Positions 45,622 through 54,234 of a stretch of DNA of 64,000 bases are shown one piece after another. The notes beneath the pieces were generated by a model. It was given only the letters and a program-made list of their open reading frames with translations. It had not been told where the DNA came from and made no database searches. The stretch covers positions 1,428 through 65,427 of the forward strand of contig JAHAZT010000060.1 in the NCBI GenBank assembly GCA_018383975.1. The letters are read 5' to 3'. The DNA is from Eubacteriales bacterium (GTDB lineage Bacteria > Bacillota > Clostridia > Oscillospirales > CAG-272). Within the stretch, counting starts at the first letter, position 1. Each line of letters opens with the position of its first letter. The position numbers were made by a program, and so were the translations under genes.

Positions 45622-47538
45622 TTGGCAAAAAACACAAAGGCGCCTTTCAAAAAGAGAGTCGGAAGGCTTCTCCGCAGGGGCGTTATAATATCCGCGCTCA
45701 TGCGCTTTGCCGACTTTATCTGTAAAGCCGCGAGAAACAGCTTTGCCGCAAGCATTCTCCTTTCGTATGACAAAGCCGAAGAATGTGCCGAAAGCTCGCT
45801 TGCCGGCAGCATAGCGCAGTCGCTCGGCTCGTCCGAAAGCGTGGGCTTCAGAAAGGTAAAGCACAGGATCGCCTCGGCACTTGAAAACAGCTTCATAATT
45901 TCGTCCGTGGGAAAGCTCTCCTCCACCCTGCTCACAATGTCGCTCGCCTCTTACGGAGTGTTTGCGTTCTCCTTCGGATTTTATGTTGTTGCAACGTATC
46001 TTCTGAAAAAGTATTCGTTTGCGCACGAGGTTTCCCTCGCGTCCCTGATAACGGGCATTGCGTTCATAGCGTTATCGTTTGTTCTGTTCATGTCAAAAAA
46101 GAGCCTTGCTCAGGCGATATCCGACTCTGCGATAATGCGGTTTGTATTTTTTGATGTTCTCAGTCTGCGCTCGGTCACGCTTGACTATGCGGCGTCATGC
46201 CCCGCGACCGCTGGAATAAGCGTTTCGTTCATTTTCGGCATGGTCTGCGGCACCGTTTCGATTTTCGTTCCGGCGGAGTATGTGCTGCTTGCGATTGCGG
46301 CGCTCATCGCCATACACGCGGTGACGGTCTCGCCGGAGGCGGGCGTAATCGGTGTGTGCCTGCTTCTTCCCTTCCTTCCGACGATGGCTCTCGCAGGGCT
46401 TATGTGCCTTGTGATGTTTTCCTGCCTTGTGAAATTTCTCTGTGGAAAAAGGGTTATCAAGCTCTCGCTGATAGATCTCCCCGTTTTCCTCTTTGCAATA
46501 CTCACGCTGTTCGGCGGAATTTTCACAAGGTCTTCTTCAAGCGCAAAGAAAATGCTGCTGATGATATGCTTCATGATGGCATATTTCGTTATCAAAAATC
46601 TCATCCGCTCGCGCGCACTGCTGAAAAAATGTCTGTCCGCGATTGCGTTTTCGGGCGCGATAGTTTCCATTTACGGTATAATAGAAAACTTCATCGGAAC
46701 GCCCTCTGTCATCTGGCAGGACATGGCGGATTTCGGCGAAATAAAAGGACGGGTTGTTTCAACCTTCGCAAATCCGAACGTTCTCGGCGAATATCTCATC
46801 ATCGTCATTCCGATAACCGTTGCCCTTGCGATAACGTCAAAGAGCATAAAGGAGCGCTTTGCTTTTGCCTGCGGCGCCACCTTCGACGTTTTCTGCCTTG
46901 TGCTGACATGGTCACGCGGGGCTTGGGTGGGCTTTGCCGTGGCGACCGTTGTATTTCTTCTGCTTGCCGATAAGCGCTGTCTGACGGCGGGAATACTTCT
47001 TCTCCCCCCGACGGCGGTTGCGATATCGCTCAGCGACAGCATTTCAAACAGAATCGCAAGCATTTTCTCCCATTCGGACACCTCCTCATCATACCGTCTC
47101 GGCATATGGAAGGGCGTATGGAGAATGCTTTCGGACGTCTCGCCTTACGGAATAGGCATAGGCGAGGGCGCGTTTGCGGCGGTATATCCTTCATATGCGC
47201 TGCACGGGATAGAAACCGCGCCGCACAGTCACAGCCTTTATTTGCAGATACTCACCGAGCTCGGAATTTCCGGCGCAGTGATATTCTCTGTATTTTTGTT
47301 TATTCTCGTGCAGATGAACCTCTCTCATATCGCCTCGCCGGATTCAAAAAGCGGCAAAATGGTTGAGGTTGGTATTTTCTGCGGACTCATTGCGTTTCTT
47401 GTGCAGGGCGTGACGGATTACGTCTGGTATAATTACCGCATATTCCTTATGTTCTGGATAACGGTCGGGCTTTCGGTCGGAGCGGTGCTTATGTCCAAAA
47501 ACGCGCTGGACGAATCTTCCGAAGAGTTCTTCTGCTGA
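45622..47538 (+). CDS. O-antigen ligase/polymerase-like (Wzy_C) polytopic membrane protein
   Basis: 638 aa with at least 10 TM segments and the Wzy_C-like segment LTWSRGAWVGFAVATVVFLL. Confidence 0.7.
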   Translation: MAKNTKAPFKKRVGRLLRRGVIISALMRFADFICKAARNSFAASILLSYDKAEECAESSLAGSIAQSLGSSESVGFRKVKHRIASALENSFIISSVGKLSSTLLTMSLASYGVFAFSFGFYVVATYLLKKYSFAHEVSLASLITGIAFIALSFVLFMSKKSLAQAISDSAIMRFVFFDVLSLRSVTLDYAASCPATAGISVSFIFGMVCGTVSIFVPAEYVLLAIAALIAIHAVTVSPEAGVIGVCLLLPFLPTMALAGLMCLVMFSCLVKFLCGKRVIKLSLIDLPVFLFAILTLFGGIFTRSSSSAKKMLLMICFMMAYFVIKNLIRSRALLKKCLSAIAFSGAIVSIYGIIENFIGTPSVIWQDMADFGEIKGRVVSTFANPNVLGEYLIIVIPITVALAITSKSIKERFAFACGATFDVFCLVLTWSRGAWVGFAVATVVFLLLADKRCLTAGILLLPPTAVAISLSDSISNRIASIFSHSDTSSSYRLGIWKGVWRMLSDVSPYGIGIGEGAFAAVYPSYALHGIETAPHSHSLYLQILTELGISGAVIFSVFLFILVQMNLSHIASPDSKSGKMVEVGIFCGLIAFLVQGVTDYVWYNYRIFLMFWITVGLSVGAVLMSKNALDESSEEFFC

Positions 47539-47612
47539 ACAGATCTGCGCGCTTCATTCGACGGAGGAGCGCGCGGCGGGCATAAAATTCCGTCGGGAAA
47601 GAGTTGATTTCT

Positions 47613-48113
47613 ATGGAAAACAGAGAAAGGACAAGGGGTCGGTTCAATTTTGTCGATGTGCTTATAATCGTTATGGTGCTTGCCATAATCGCCGTCATCG
47701 TTTATATGACCGTCTCCGACAAAAAAGTTGCGGTGTCAAGCGAAAAAAGCGTGACATACACGGTTAGACTTTCCGGGGTGAACGAGGACTTCCTCCCGAT
47801 TATCCGGAACGGAGAAACCGTTTACGATTCGTCGACGGGAAAATCCGTCGGAACGATAACCTCCGTGCGTTCGGAGAAAACGAAATACATCGGCAAAACA
47901 ATCACGTCGGATACCTTGGGCAACCGATATATCAATATCTCCGAATACGATAATCTCTATGACGTTTACGTTACGATAAACGTCATCGCCGACGTCGACC
48001 GCCGCGGCATAGCCTATGCGGGCAAAAACAAGATACTTGTCGGATCGAGGATATATTTCAGGTGCGGAACGTTCGCCGGAACATCCTTCTGCACCGAATT
48101 CAATATCGGATAA
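47613..48113 (+). CDS. Small N-terminally anchored protein, paralog A (DUF4330-like; family name recalled from memory)
   Basis: It begins MENRERTRGRFNFVDVLIIVMVLAIIAVIVYM, followed by a soluble domain. It is paralogous to the next ORF. Confidence 0.65.
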   Translation: MENRERTRGRFNFVDVLIIVMVLAIIAVIVYMTVSDKKVAVSSEKSVTYTVRLSGVNEDFLPIIRNGETVYDSSTGKSVGTITSVRSEKTKYIGKTITSDTLGNRYINISEYDNLYDVYVTINVIADVDRRGIAYAGKNKILVGSRIYFRCGTFAGTSFCTEFNIG

Positions 48114-48125
48114 GGGGGCGAAATT

Positions 48126-48620
48126 ATGGCAAAACAAGAGACAAAATCCCGTTTCAATATTTTTGATGCGCTGCTGATACTCCTTATTCTTGCGTGTATT
48201 GCCGCGCTCGTGTTCAGATATTATTACAATTCAAAGGACGCCGTCGGAGAACAGGTGAAAGTCAGCTTCATAGTTCCGGCAATAATGCCGTCCACAGCCG
48301 ACGCGATGACCGAAAAGCTCCGCATGGGAACGGTTCTCTATCTTTCCGACGGAGACAGCGTCATAGGATATATACAGAGCGTGACGAAGGAGCCGTCCAA
48401 GGTTTATGCGGAAAACAGCTCCGGCAAACTCGAACGCATTGATAATCCGCTCTCGATGGACGTCATCGGCACTGCCGTTCTCTACGGAAGAAGCGGCGAA
48501 AGCGGATTTTATATCGGCGGAAACAAGCTGGCAACCGTCTCCGACGTAATTTACGTCTATTCAACCGACATTGAATTTTCAATGTCGCTCACGGGAATAG
48601 GCGTTCCCACCGCGAAATGA
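48126..48620 (+). CDS. Small N-terminally anchored protein, paralog B
   Basis: It begins MAKQETKSRFNIFDALLILLILACIAALVF… and has the same architecture as 47613-48113. Confidence 0.65.
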   Translation: MAKQETKSRFNIFDALLILLILACIAALVFRYYYNSKDAVGEQVKVSFIVPAIMPSTADAMTEKLRMGTVLYLSDGDSVIGYIQSVTKEPSKVYAENSSGKLERIDNPLSMDVIGTAVLYGRSGESGFYIGGNKLATVSDVIYVYSTDIEFSMSLTGIGVPTAK

Positions 48621-48743
48621 CAAAAAATATAAAAAAACTATTGATTTTATTTGAAGTGTTTGTTATAATGTAGTATAACAAAAGTAATTTGCGCGCCGTT
48701 TTTATAAAAACGCGTATTTTATAGCGTCAAAGGAGCATAAGGT

Positions 48744-49001
48744 ATGATTTCAAGAGAGGTTACAATCAAAAATAACGTAGGTCTTCACGCAAGACCCGCA
48801 ACGTTTTTCATTCAGAAAGCAAATTCTTATGCCAGCTCTATTTGGATTCAGAAGGATGACCGTCGCATAAGCGCGAAAAGTCTCCTCGGTGTGCTTTCTA
48901 TGGGCATCACCGGCGGGATGACCATCACTCTGATTGCCGACGGCCCGGACGAAGCCGAGGCTCTGAACGGTCTTGAAGAGTTGGTCAGCAATTCTCTCTG
49001 A
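48744..49001 (+). CDS. ptsH: Phosphocarrier protein HPr
   Basis: It has the active-site motif GLHARPA and the regulatory Ser motif SAKSLLGV. Confidence 0.95.
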   Translation: MISREVTIKNNVGLHARPATFFIQKANSYASSIWIQKDDRRISAKSLLGVLSMGITGGMTITLIADGPDEAEALNGLEELVSNSL

Positions 49002-49024
49002 CCGAAAAATCCGGAAAACAACCG

Positions 49025-49054
49025 CGGCAGGTGCTTTGCAGCTGCCGTTTTTTT
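49025..49054 (+). terminator. Intrinsic terminator after ptsH
   Basis: The stem CGGCAG/CTGCCG is followed by TTTTTTT. Confidence 0.7.
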
Positions 49055-49074
49055 CTTGAAAGGAGGTCTTGTAT

Positions 49075-50898
49075 ATGGTAAATCCCGCATATGCGGAAAG
49101 TCTGCGCGAAAAGGCTTCCCTGCTTCCGCTCTCTCCGGGGGTATACGTTATGCGCGGCGACGGCGGAAAAGTCATCTATGTGGGCAAGTCCAAAAAGCTG
49201 AAAAACCGCGTTTCGCAATACTTTCACGAAACGGATTTCAAAAGCGTCAAAACGGATATAATGACCTCCCTCGTCCGCGATTTTGAATATATTGTGTGCG
49301 ATACGGAAATGGAAGCGCTGACGCTTGAAAACAGCCTGATAAAACTGTACAAGCCGAGATATAACATCAAGCTGAAGGACGACAAAGCATATCCTTATAT
49401 CTCCGTCAATATGCACGAGGAATACCCGCGCTTTTCCGTCACAAGAAAGCGTGACGACCCGAAGGCGCTGTATTTCGGGCCCTATTCGGGAACGACAGTT
49501 GTATACGGAATCATCAACGCAATGCAGAAAACATTCGGTCTGCCGCCGTGCAAGCGTCGGTTTCCGAGGGACAAGGGCAAGGTCGGGCATTGCATATACA
49601 GGCAGATAGGCTGCATCGCTCCGTGCGATGAGAGCGTAACGAGCGAAAAATACAGGGAGAGCTTTTCGGAAGCCGTTGATTTTCTTTCCGGCGACTACAA
49701 AAAAATAACCGACAGGCTTACCGAAAAAATGCTTTATGCATCGGAAAACGAAATGTACGAGGCGGCGGCTGTCTGTCGTGACAGGCTCCGCGCGATTGAA
49801 AAACTCCGCGAAAAACAGAAGGTCGTTGCGTCGCCGGATACGGAGCGCGACGTAATCTCCGCTTATTCGGGACAGGGCGTCGGAGCGATATGCGTTTTCT
49901 ATATCCGAGGCGGCAAGCTGACAGACTCCGAAATTTTCTATTTTTCGGGCGGGGAGATACTGGATTCCTCCGCCATATGCTCGTTTATCTGCGAGCTTTA
50001 CGTCCGCAGGGAGTACATTCCGAAGGAGATAACCGTCGGCGGGGAGCTTTCGGAGAGCGACAGAGAGCTTTGCGAGGGCTGGCTTTCCGAAAAAATGAAG
50101 AGGAAGGTCACGGTTTCCGTGCCGCAGAGAGGCGAAAAGAAAAAGCTCTGTGACATGGCAATTGAAAACGCAGAGCAGAAATGCCGCGAATATCTGATGT
50201 CATCTCAGAAAACAGACAAAACTCTTGCGCGTCTCGCCTCGCTCGCAGGGCTTGAAGCGTTGCCGGAGAGAATTGAAGCGTTTGACATTTCAAACATCGG
50301 CGATGAGCATATAACGGCGGGAATGGTCGTTTTTGAAAACGGCAAGCCGAAAAAGAGCGACTATCGCCTTTTCAGAATGAAAACCGTTGTATCCCGTGAT
50401 GACTATGCGTCAATGCGCGAGGCTGTCGGCAGGCGATGCGCTCATCTTTCGGACGAAGGCGCCGTCATGCCGGATTTGATCCTCATCGACGGAGGCGCGA
50501 CTCACGTTTCGGCTGCAAAGCAGGCTATGCGCGGGGCAGGCTATGACATTCCGACGCTCGGCATGGTGAAGGACGACAGGCACAGAACGCGCGCGCTCGT
50601 CGGAGAGGACGGAGGCGAAATCGAAATACTTTCCGAGCAGCAGGTTTACTCGCTGATATATAAGATTCAGGAAGAGGTACACCGCTTCACAATATCAAAA
50701 ATGATGGGCGGAAAGCGCAAAGCGGAGAAAACGTCAGTCCTTGAAAACGTAAAAGGGGTCGGGACGGCAAAGGCGAAAGCACTTCTCCGCGAATTCGGCG
50801 GACTTGCGGCAATAAAAAAAGCGGAGATATCCGAACTTTGCCGCGTCAAAGGTATAACGGAAGAAATTGCAAAGAATATAAAAGATTATTTCGGATAA
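49075..50898 (+). CDS. uvrC: Excinuclease ABC subunit C
   Basis: It has a GIY-YIG N-terminus (PGVYVMRGDGGKVIYVGKSKKLKNR), a UVR domain and a C-terminal HhH. The ATG at 49075 lies 8 nt after AGGAGG. Confidence 0.95.
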   Translation: MVNPAYAESLREKASLLPLSPGVYVMRGDGGKVIYVGKSKKLKNRVSQYFHETDFKSVKTDIMTSLVRDFEYIVCDTEMEALTLENSLIKLYKPRYNIKLKDDKAYPYISVNMHEEYPRFSVTRKRDDPKALYFGPYSGTTVVYGIINAMQKTFGLPPCKRRFPRDKGKVGHCIYRQIGCIAPCDESVTSEKYRESFSEAVDFLSGDYKKITDRLTEKMLYASENEMYEAAAVCRDRLRAIEKLREKQKVVASPDTERDVISAYSGQGVGAICVFYIRGGKLTDSEIFYFSGGEILDSSAICSFICELYVRREYIPKEITVGGELSESDRELCEGWLSEKMKRKVTVSVPQRGEKKKLCDMAIENAEQKCREYLMSSQKTDKTLARLASLAGLEALPERIEAFDISNIGDEHITAGMVVFENGKPKKSDYRLFRMKTVVSRDDYASMREAVGRRCAHLSDEGAVMPDLILIDGGATHVSAAKQAMRGAGYDIPTLGMVKDDRHRTRALVGEDGGEIEILSEQQVYSLIYKIQEEVHRFTISKMMGGKRKAEKTSVLENVKGVGTAKAKALLREFGGLAAIKKAEISELCRVKGITEEIAKNIKDYFG

Positions 50899-50911
50899 AA
50901 AGGAGAAATAT

Positions 50912-51478
50912 ATGAGAATTATAACAGGAACAGCGAGAGGTATTCGCCTTTCAACTCCGGAGGGAGAGGAGATCACCCGCCCGACGACGGAGAAAGTCAA
51001 GGAAGCGGTGTTCTCGTCCATACAGTTTGATATTGAAGGACGCGAGGTGCTCGACCTTTTCGCAGGCTCCGGACAGATGGGTCTCGAAGCGCTTTCAAGA
51101 GGCGCCGAAAAATGCACCTTTGTTGACAGCTCACGGGACGCGATAAAATTTGTAACGGAGAACGCACAGAAAACCAAGCTCTATAAAAAATCCAACGTAC
51201 TCTGTATGGATTACGAAAAATACGCCGTCTCCGCTTCCGGAAAGAGCCGGTTTGATATCGTTTTTATAGATCCTCCCTATGCCGAAAGGCTCCTCCCCTC
51301 CGCCCTCAAAGCCCTCTTTGATAACGGTCTCCTCAAGGATACAAGCATCATCATCTGCGAGGACGAGCGGGACGGTCTTATGGAAAACACCGACATTTCG
51401 TCACGCTATTCCCTTTCAAAGCAGGCGCGCTACGGCAGAGTATTCATATATTATCTTTCACCGAAGGCGGCAAAATGA
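50912..51478 (+). CDS. rsmD: 16S rRNA (guanine966-N2)-methyltransferase
   Basis: Supporting motifs are RIITGTARG…RPTTEKVKEAVFS, DLFAGSG and DPPY. Confidence 0.9.
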   Translation: MRIITGTARGIRLSTPEGEEITRPTTEKVKEAVFSSIQFDIEGREVLDLFAGSGQMGLEALSRGAEKCTFVDSSRDAIKFVTENAQKTKLYKKSNVLCMDYEKYAVSASGKSRFDIVFIDPPYAERLLPSALKALFDNGLLKDTSIIICEDERDGLMENTDISSRYSLSKQARYGRVFIYYLSPKAAK

Positions 51479-51948
51479 TGGAATACGGTATTGCGCTTAC
51501 GGCAGGCACCTTTGACCCCGTGACAAAGGGTCATCTCGACATAATCAGAAGAGCGGCGGATATGTGCGCCGTGCTGATTATCGGAATTTTTGAAAATCCG
51601 GATAAAAAACCGCTTTTCTCTCTTGAAAAAAGATTTGAAGCGCTTTGCGCGGCAACGATGGATATCGACAATGCAATTGTCATAACGAATGACGGTATGC
51701 TTTTTGAATACGCAAAGGAAGCGGGGGTCGACGTCATCATAAAGGGCGTTCGTGACGAAAATGACCTCGCGTATGAGCAGAAGCAGGCGGATTTCAATTT
51801 TGAACACAGCGGGATAAAGACCGTTTTCCTTGAAGCCGACCCCAAGTACAAAAACGTCAGCTCGACCCTCGTCCGCAAGCTCATTTCCGAGGGAAAGGAC
51901 GTCTCGCGCTACGTTCCGAAGGAGGCAATTTCGGTTTTCAAGGGCTGA
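51475..51948 (+). CDS. coaD: Phosphopantetheine adenylyltransferase
   Basis: Supporting motifs are GTFDPVTKGHLDII and ISSTLVR-like VSSTLVRK. Confidence 0.95.
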   Translation: MMEYGIALTAGTFDPVTKGHLDIIRRAADMCAVLIIGIFENPDKKPLFSLEKRFEALCAATMDIDNAIVITNDGMLFEYAKEAGVDVIIKGVRDENDLAYEQKQADFNFEHSGIKTVFLEADPKYKNVSSTLVRKLISEGKDVSRYVPKEAISVFKG

Positions 51949-51983
51949 AAACGGGTCGTATATAATAGGTAAGAAGAAAAAAT

Positions 51984-52037
51984 ACGCATGAAATTTCATT
52001 TGTGATGATTTTCCATGCGTGTTTTTTTATTTTTTTT
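51984..52037 (+). terminator. Intrinsic terminator after coaD
   Basis: The stem ACGCATG…CATGCGT is followed by GTTTTTTTATTTTTTTT. Confidence 0.7.
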
Positions 52038-52047
52038 CAAAAAACCC

Positions 52048-52076
52048 TTGTATTTTTTTCATCAATCATTTATAAT
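52048..52076 (+). promoter_or_regulatory. Pmra: promoter of the dcw cluster
   Basis: TTGTAT, a 17-nt spacer, then TATAAT. Confidence 0.55.
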
Positions 52077-52085
52077 TAAACCATA

Positions 52086-52144
52086 AAAGTGGCGCAAAGT
52101 GGAGCAAAGTGGTGGATTTCCACACTTTCCACAGAGTTATCCAC
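52086..52144 (+). promoter_or_regulatory. MraZ operator: AAAGTGG boxes at 10-bp phasing, followed by inverted CCAC boxes
   Basis: AAAGTGG occurs at 52086-92, 52096-102 and 52106-112. TTTCCAC occurs at 52117-123 and 52126-132, and CCAC at 52141-144. All lie directly downstream of the -10. Confidence 0.65.
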
Positions 52145-52172
52145 ATTCCAAAGGGAAAAAGGAGGGCAAAAA

Positions 52173-52592
52173 ATGTTTTTGGGCGAGTTTATCCACACGA
52201 CAGACTCAAAGGGCAGAGTTTTCGTGCCGGCAAAGTTCCGTCAGGAGCTGGGCGAGACGTTCGTCGTCACTCGCGGAATTGATAACTGTCTCTCCGTTTA
52301 TCCTCTTTCCGAATGGGAAAAGTTCTCCGCCAGAATAGACGCTATGCCGCTCGTCTCCGCTCGTGATGTCCGCCGCTTCTTCTATTCCGCCGCGTGCGAC
52401 ACCTCCCTTGACTCTCAGGGACGAGTCCTCATTCCGCAGGTTCTGCGCGAATATGCAAAGCTCGAAAAGGACACCGTCGTTATCGGCGTGAACAGCTATA
52501 TTGAAATCTGGTCACAATCCGCGTGGGAAGCGAAAAAGGCTTCCGAAAATGCGGAGGATATTCAGAATATAATGATGGGGCTCGGCGTCTGA
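52173..52592 (+). CDS. mraZ: Transcriptional regulator MraZ
   Basis: It begins [26 protein letters not shown] and has a second SpoVT/AbrB-like half ([17 protein letters not shown]). I trimmed the start to 52173. Confidence 0.95.
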   Translation: MFLGEFIHTTDSKGRVFVPAKFRQELGETFVVTRGIDNCLSVYPLSEWEKFSARIDAMPLVSARDVRRFFYSAACDTSLDSQGRVLIPQVLREYAKLEKDTVVIGVNSYIEIWSQSAWEAKKASENAEDIQNIMMGLGV

Positions 52593-53530
52593 TGGGTGAA
52601 TTCAATCATTTTTCCGTAATGCTCGGCGAATGTATTGACGCTCTGAATGTCCGTCCCGACGGAACATACGTCGACTGTACGCTCGGCGGAGGAGGTCATT
52701 CCGAACAGATCGCAAAACGTCTCTCCGGCGGCAGGCTCGTCTGTATCGACCGTGACGACGACGCAATCGAAGCGGCAAAAAAACGGCTCGCTCCGTATGC
52801 GGACAGAATAACCTATGTAAAAGACAATTTTTCAAATATAAAAAATATACTTTCGTCGCTCGGTATCGAAAAAATCGACGGCGTGATATTCGACCTCGGC
52901 GTATCGTCCTATCAGCTCGACACAGCCGAAAGAGGCTTTTCATATAACTCCAACGCTCCGCTCGATATGAGAATGGACCGCTCCTCCCCGCTCTCCGCAT
53001 ATGACGTTGTAAACGGTTATCCGGAAAGCGAGCTCCGCCGGATATTCTATGAATACGGCGAGGAGCCGAACGCACCGAAAATCGCCCGCGCGATAGTCGA
53101 AAAGCGACGCGAAAAGCCCATAGAAACCACCTTTGAGCTTGTCGACATAATAAAATCGGTCGCTTCAAGGAAAGCTCTGACAGAGGGTCATCACCCCGCA
53201 AAGCAAGCCTTCCAGGCGATAAGAATTGAGGTCAACGGCGAGCTTTCGATAATTGCTCCCGCAATAGAGGACGCAATCGACTCGCTTGCAAAAGGCGGCA
53301 GAATTGCAGTGCTGACGTTTCATTCCCTTGAGGACAGAGCCGTAAAGCAGATTTTCGCAAGACTTGAAAAAGGCTGCACGTGCCCTCCGTCGTTTCCCGT
53401 CTGCGTTTGCGGAAAGAAGCCGCAAATAAAGACGCTGCAAAGAAAACCCGTTCTTCCGTCGGAAGAAGAACTCAGGCTAAACAGAAGGTCGCACAGCGCA
53501 AAGCTCCGTGCCGCCGAGAAAATACAGTAA
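52592..53530 (+). CDS. rsmH: 16S rRNA (cytosine1402-N4)-methyltransferase
   Basis: Supporting motifs are [23 protein letters not shown] and [10 protein letters not shown]. Its ATG overlaps the mraZ stop (TGATG). Confidence 0.95.
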   Translation: MGEFNHFSVMLGECIDALNVRPDGTYVDCTLGGGGHSEQIAKRLSGGRLVCIDRDDDAIEAAKKRLAPYADRITYVKDNFSNIKNILSSLGIEKIDGVIFDLGVSSYQLDTAERGFSYNSNAPLDMRMDRSSPLSAYDVVNGYPESELRRIFYEYGEEPNAPKIARAIVEKRREKPIETTFELVDIIKSVASRKALTEGHHPAKQAFQAIRIEVNGELSIIAPAIEDAIDSLAKGGRIAVLTFHSLEDRAVKQIFARLEKGCTCPPSFPVCVCGKKPQIKTLQRKPVLPSEEELRLNRRSHSAKLRAAEKIQ

Positions 53531-53556
53531 ACGCATTACGGAAAGGAAGGAAGATT

Positions 53557-54090
53557 ATGAACTCGAACCAAAACCCAAACTCCAAAAACTCCAAAACTCC
53601 AAAAAATTCTTCAAACCATCGTTCTCCCTCCAAAAAGAGTGTCATATCTTCCCTTTCCGATATGTGCGGAGGCGGAGGCGACAGATACAGTACCGTCCGC
53701 GCCAAGGGACGCACGCCGTTCCCGATCGCGCTTATCATCGGAATGATAGTCGCAACAGTGCTTTTTATGTTCATCATATTTTCCTTTGTCCAGGTTTCGG
53801 AGCTTTCCTCCGAAATATCATCAATGAAGGGCGATATAAAAAGTCTCTCTGCGGAGGCGAAAACGCTTGAAGGCCGTCTTGATTACAAATATACAAAATC
53901 GGAGATAGAGTCGACGGCGTCAAGCCTCGGACTTGATTCTTCCCGCAGAACAACCGTATATTTTGAGGGCGAGGCGTCCGAGGACGTGAGCGAAGTAATC
54001 GAGCCTGAAAACGCCTTAGGCGGCGCAATCGACTCGCTGCTCAGCGCGATTGCCAAAAACTTCGGAAAAATAATTGAATTTCTGAACTGA
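53557..54090 (+). CDS. ftsL: FtsL-like cell division protein (single TM plus coiled coil)
   Basis: It has a low-complexity N-terminus, the TM segment FPIALIIGMIVATVLFMFIIFSF, then a coiled coil. It occupies the conserved position between rsmH and the PBP gene. Confidence 0.7.
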   Translation: MNSNQNPNSKNSKTPKNSSNHRSPSKKSVISSLSDMCGGGGDRYSTVRAKGRTPFPIALIIGMIVATVLFMFIIFSFVQVSELSSEISSMKGDIKSLSAEAKTLEGRLDYKYTKSEIESTASSLGLDSSRRTTVYFEGEASEDVSEVIEPENALGGAIDSLLSAIAKNFGKIIEFLN

Positions 54091-54234
54091 TTTTTTGTGC
54101 GCCCTCTCATTGAGGGCGTGCATAATTTTGAAAGTCGCAAATATAATGTAATATTGTAATAGCTTTTTTGAGTAAAGAGAATATAATAATGCTCTTTGCT
54201 CTTTTTAATTATCCGGAAAGGAGTAAAATTGCCG

